A stretch of 64,000 bases of DNA, taken from positions 60,215-124,214 of the forward strand of contig JBMNFY010000020.1 in assembly GCA_050949565.1 (NCBI GenBank). Direction: 5' to 3'. This stretch comes from Kiritimatiellia bacterium. GTDB taxonomy: Bacteria > Verrucomicrobiota > Kiritimatiellia > RFP12 > UBA1067. Below are positions 61,232 to 64,000 of the stretch, piece by piece (position 1 is the stretch's first letter; each line of letters opens with the position of its first letter). The notes under the pieces are model-generated. The model saw only the letters and a list, made by a program, of their open reading frames with translations, did no database searches and was not told the origin of the DNA. Made by a program: the position numbers and the translations under genes.

Positions 61232-61614
61232 GCAACGACCAAAACAACCTACCGGTCAAGCGTGACGATTTCACGTTGGCGAAACCAGGCAGCCTTCTTG
61301 ACGAAGCTTTATCTAAACTTCCAAAAGAACAGCAGGAGCGAATGCTTGCGAAGGCGATAGAGAAGCGCATTGATATCGATGCAGAAGCCAAAATTGCAGA
61401 CTTAAGATATCAAGCGAGTTCCGTGGACATGGCGAATACCATTCGACAAGTCCACGCGCTTGAGCAAAGCACAAAAAGCGACTACACCGTTCGAGCCGAC
61501 TGCCAGACTGCAAGTGGCAAAACAATCGTTGAGGTCAAGAAGTCAAACAATACTGTCATTATCGTTATCGCAATAGTCATCGGTGTTATTCTTTTGCTAT
61601 TTTTTGCGAATTAG
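61228..61614 (+). CDS. Cassette-2 protein B: 128 aa, coiled coil plus C-terminal TM helix
   Basis: ATGA overlap with the protein A stop; VIIVIAIVIGVILLLFF tail. Confidence 0.8.
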   Translation: MSNDQNNLPVKRDDFTLAKPGSLLDEALSKLPKEQQERMLAKAIEKRIDIDAEAKIADLRYQASSVDMANTIRQVHALEQSTKSDYTVRADCQTASGKTIVEVKKSNNTVIIVIAIVIGVILLLFFAN

Positions 61615-61619
61615 TCCGT

Positions 61620-62129
61620 ATGCCAACACAAGTAACAATCCATCCCACTGCCAAGATCGCTTTGGTTGCTGTTCTGACCTCAGTATTTGTAGGAGGTGGA
61701 ATTGTGAGGCTAAAGCGGCTTTTGTCTCCAAAAGAGACCCATTTGGAGGCACCCGCTTCCGCACTAACCGTCACGCAAGTTCGCACATTGAATGAATACT
61801 TGCTCCCTGTAATTGATCTACCGGTTTCCGCAGACGCACCCGAGTCTCATTGGAGTGAAGCGCTAGCAGCGGTTTTGGGCGGCCAAACTGAAGTCGCGAC
61901 ACAATATGGACGTGTTGATGTGATGACTGACAGATTTGCAATTGAGGTGGATCGATTAGCTAAGTGGCATGAGGCGATCGGGCAAGCCAGTCACTATAGC
62001 CACACTAGTAACAAGAGAGCGGCGGCAGCAATTATTATTCTGCCAACAGACTCACTGGAGAAGATACCTTTGATAGAAGAGACATGCCTCAGTAAGGGAA
62101 TAAAGCTCATTCTACTGCAAACAAAATAA
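61620..62129 (+). CDS. Cassette-2 protein C: N-terminal TM plus PD-(D/E)xK-like restriction-endonuclease fold
   Basis: TEV...GRVDV...AIEVD...WHEAIGQA..Y pattern. Confidence 0.7.
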   Translation: MPTQVTIHPTAKIALVAVLTSVFVGGGIVRLKRLLSPKETHLEAPASALTVTQVRTLNEYLLPVIDLPVSADAPESHWSEALAAVLGGQTEVATQYGRVDVMTDRFAIEVDRLAKWHEAIGQASHYSHTSNKRAAAAIIILPTDSLEKIPLIEETCLSKGIKLILLQTK

Positions 62130-62242
62130 GCCCAACAATGCAGTCCACCCAACGGCTACCCGCGTCACGCTCCGTGCTTGGTCGCTTCGCTCCCGGCACG
62201 GATCGCGCCACGGGTAGCCGTGGGTGACTGCGGACGTTCGAC
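62130..62242 (+). other. attC site 2 (113 bp)
   Basis: R'' gcccAAC immediately after the stop; R' GTTcgac; stems gcagtc/gactgc, accca/tgggt, cggctacccg/cgggtagccg and tccgtgc/gcacgga. Confidence 0.9.
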
Positions 62243-62250
62243 TGACAGAT

Positions 62251-63901
62251 GAGGCTCTTGCAAAACCCCCTCGTGACATGGGCGTCCCGCCCATGAAACA
62301 CGGGCAGGATGCCCGTGCCACGCCTGCACGCAAGGGATTTTGCAGGATTTTCTGACGAAGAGGCGCAGCGGTTGCTGAAAAACGGACGCGACAGGGCGTT
62401 TTTCCCGTTTTTCGGATGTTTCCGGGCAGACCCCGGCGCCTCCGCCCGGTCGCGGGCGGGTTTTCAGGGAGGGCAGTCTGCCGCGGGGCCGGTCAGGGAA
62501 GCATTCTGAGCATCTGCTCGGCGGCGATGACCAGCAGCCCGAAGGCCAGATGCGCCGCCACCTTCGCCGGGCCGCGCACCCGGACGTTCCGTCCGCCGTG
62601 CTCTTCGTGCAGATGGCTGTTGACGCGCTCGACGGCCGTGCGTTCGTGGTAGCGCCGGGCTTCCGCCGGGGAGAACTCGATCTTCTCGCCCCGGCGCGGG
62701 TTGTGGTCGATGAGCGCCACGTGCCCCAGCCGCGCCGACATCTCGCGGATCTCCTTGGCGTCGTAGGCGGCGTCGGCCAGATCATAGAGGTTGACGATCC
62801 GTCCGGCGGTCATCTGCGCCAGCGGGATGGCGGCCTGGCTGTCGTGCAGGCTGGCGGAAGTGAGTATGAAGCTGACCGGGATATCGCCGTCGATCACGTC
62901 CAGATGGGCCTTGTAGCCGCGCCAGCATTCTGTCTTGCCCTTGCTGTTCTTCTTGCAGCCCCAGTCGCAGGACGCGGGCAGGTCGGCCAGGTTTTCCTTC
63001 AAGCCGCGGTTGAGCTGCAGTTGCAGCCGTGTCGGATCCGGCGGCGGCGCCGGGGGCTCGCCCTTCCTGCGCCGGCCGCGTTTGCCGCGCTCGGGGGCGG
63101 GGGCCGTCTCCGGCTTGGCCGCGGCCTTCTCGCGGGCGCGGATCGCGGTGGCGTCGCGGCTGACGTGCCCGGCGAGCTTGTCGCCATAGCGGGCCTTGAC
63201 CATCGCCTCGTGGATTTCCTGCGGGCACCCGTTTTTGGCGAATTCGGCGAAGGCGCGCGAGAAGGTCGACGCCGAGGGCACTTCGCCGAGCGTCTCCCAG
63301 CCGCACAGCCGGCGCAGGGCCGGACGGTGGCGGATGGCGTCGATCAGGCCGCTCGTGGTGTCGAAGTTCCAGACGGTCTTGCCTATGAACGCCTTGCACA
63401 TCGCCAGCCGGTCGCACGGCGGGCAGCCGTTGCCGCACCAGCGGTAGGCGCCCATGTGATCCTGCGGGGCGCACAGCTCGCAGACCGCGACGAACTGGCG
63501 GTGCTTCTCGTCGAGTTCCCCGATCTCGTCCTCCAGCATCGGGAAGAGCCATGACTGGATGCTGTTCCACAACTGGCCCAGAGGGGGTTGATGTCGCGTT
63601 TCCTTCATGCGTTTTTGTCTCCTTTCCGCGTTTGTTTTTCCGTCCTTACGGATGATGGAGGCATTGTAACATATTGCGCGGCAACAAGATACAACAAAAA
63701 TCGGGGGGGGTAGACAAACACCCCGGAATGTGCGACAATACCCCTGTTCGTTTTGGGCGCGGTATGGTGCCGTGCAGAAGGCGACGCGGCGTGGGGCGGA
63801 GCGTCATGCCCGGCCGCGCCGGGCGGTGGGATGGTTCGCTGACAAGACGTCCCGCCCGCAGGCCGTCAGGCGTTGCGGTGTGGGGGTTTTGCAAGAGCCT
63901 C
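62251..63901 (-). mobile_element. 1651-bp IS (IS5/IS1182-like DDE)
   Basis: Perfect 20-bp TIRs gaggctcttgcaaaaccccc / gggggttttgcaagagcctc; flanking GAT on both sides. Confidence 0.92.
62493..63608 (-). CDS. DDE transposase (DUF772-like N-terminus plus DDE_Tnp_1)
   Basis: LRRLCGW..VPSASTFSR; SRDATAI; GYKAH; ADAAYD; RTAVERVNS. Confidence 0.93.
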   Translation of the reverse strand: MKETRHQPPLGQLWNSIQSWLFPMLEDEIGELDEKHRQFVAVCELCAPQDHMGAYRWCGNGCPPCDRLAMCKAFIGKTVWNFDTTSGLIDAIRHRPALRRLCGWETLGEVPSASTFSRAFAEFAKNGCPQEIHEAMVKARYGDKLAGHVSRDATAIRAREKAAAKPETAPAPERGKRGRRRKGEPPAPPPDPTRLQLQLNRGLKENLADLPASCDWGCKKNSKGKTECWRGYKAHLDVIDGDIPVSFILTSASLHDSQAAIPLAQMTAGRIVNLYDLADAAYDAKEIREMSARLGHVALIDHNPRRGEKIEFSPAEARRYHERTAVERVNSHLHEEHGGRNVRVRGPAKVAAHLAFGLLVIAAEQMLRMLP

Positions 63902-63960
63902 GATAGATTGCCCCAATGGGACAGCGATCTACCACTCGGGGAGTTCAGAATTCAGGCATT

Positions 63961-64000
63961 GCCGAACCAGCCGTTGCACGCGACGGCTGATAGCCGCGCG
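63961..64000 (+). other. attC site 3, cut by window edge
   Basis: gccgAAC-cagccgttg-cacgcg-a-cggct-gat-agccg-cgcg: R'' box and stem geometry like attC1. Confidence 0.65.

Noticed and set aside
648-63554. Long antisense/shadow ORFs (e.g. 648-2102, 3534-5171, 10520-11941, 35357-36667, 58816-59964, 62550-63554)
   Set aside because: They mirror well-supported genes in high-GC DNA and have no motifs of their own.
1-64000. tRNA, rRNA or riboswitch
   Set aside because: None recognisable by eye; a covariance-model scan would be needed to exclude small ncRNAs.

Overview
GC-rich bacterial chromosome segment. It is probably from a PVC-superphylum organism such as Kiritimatiellae, Lentisphaerae or Verrucomicrobia; this is inferred from the H-X9-DG pilin-like gene, DUF1080, Tat-exported Gfo/Idh/MocA oxidoreductases and the dispersed repeat types. 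Housekeeping genes are gltA, ftsH-folP-?-argH-exbB-exbD-TPR-VWA, tatD, hisS, HU/IHF, proS, thpR and a D,D-carboxypeptidase. There are many carbohydrate-active and secreted proteins and an AmmeMemoRadiSam locus. Two apparent single-base frameshifts affect a GH78 rhamnosidase and a ~2050-aa secreted protein. The right end holds an integrase-less integron cassette array (three attC sites) interrupted by an IS30 and an IS5/IS1182-like element. The two strongest leads are: (1) a three-gene integron cassette encoding two similarly built C-terminally membrane-anchored proteins plus a membrane-anchored restriction-endonuclease-fold protein, a candidate new defence or toxin system; (2) a hidden 44-codon twin-arginine peptide ORF translationally coupled to amrS, visible only after removing a 672-bp REP-filled MITE (18-bp TIRs, 11-bp target duplication). 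No tRNA, rRNA, CRISPR array or integron integrase was recognised. All family calls are by eye from motifs; no searches were run.
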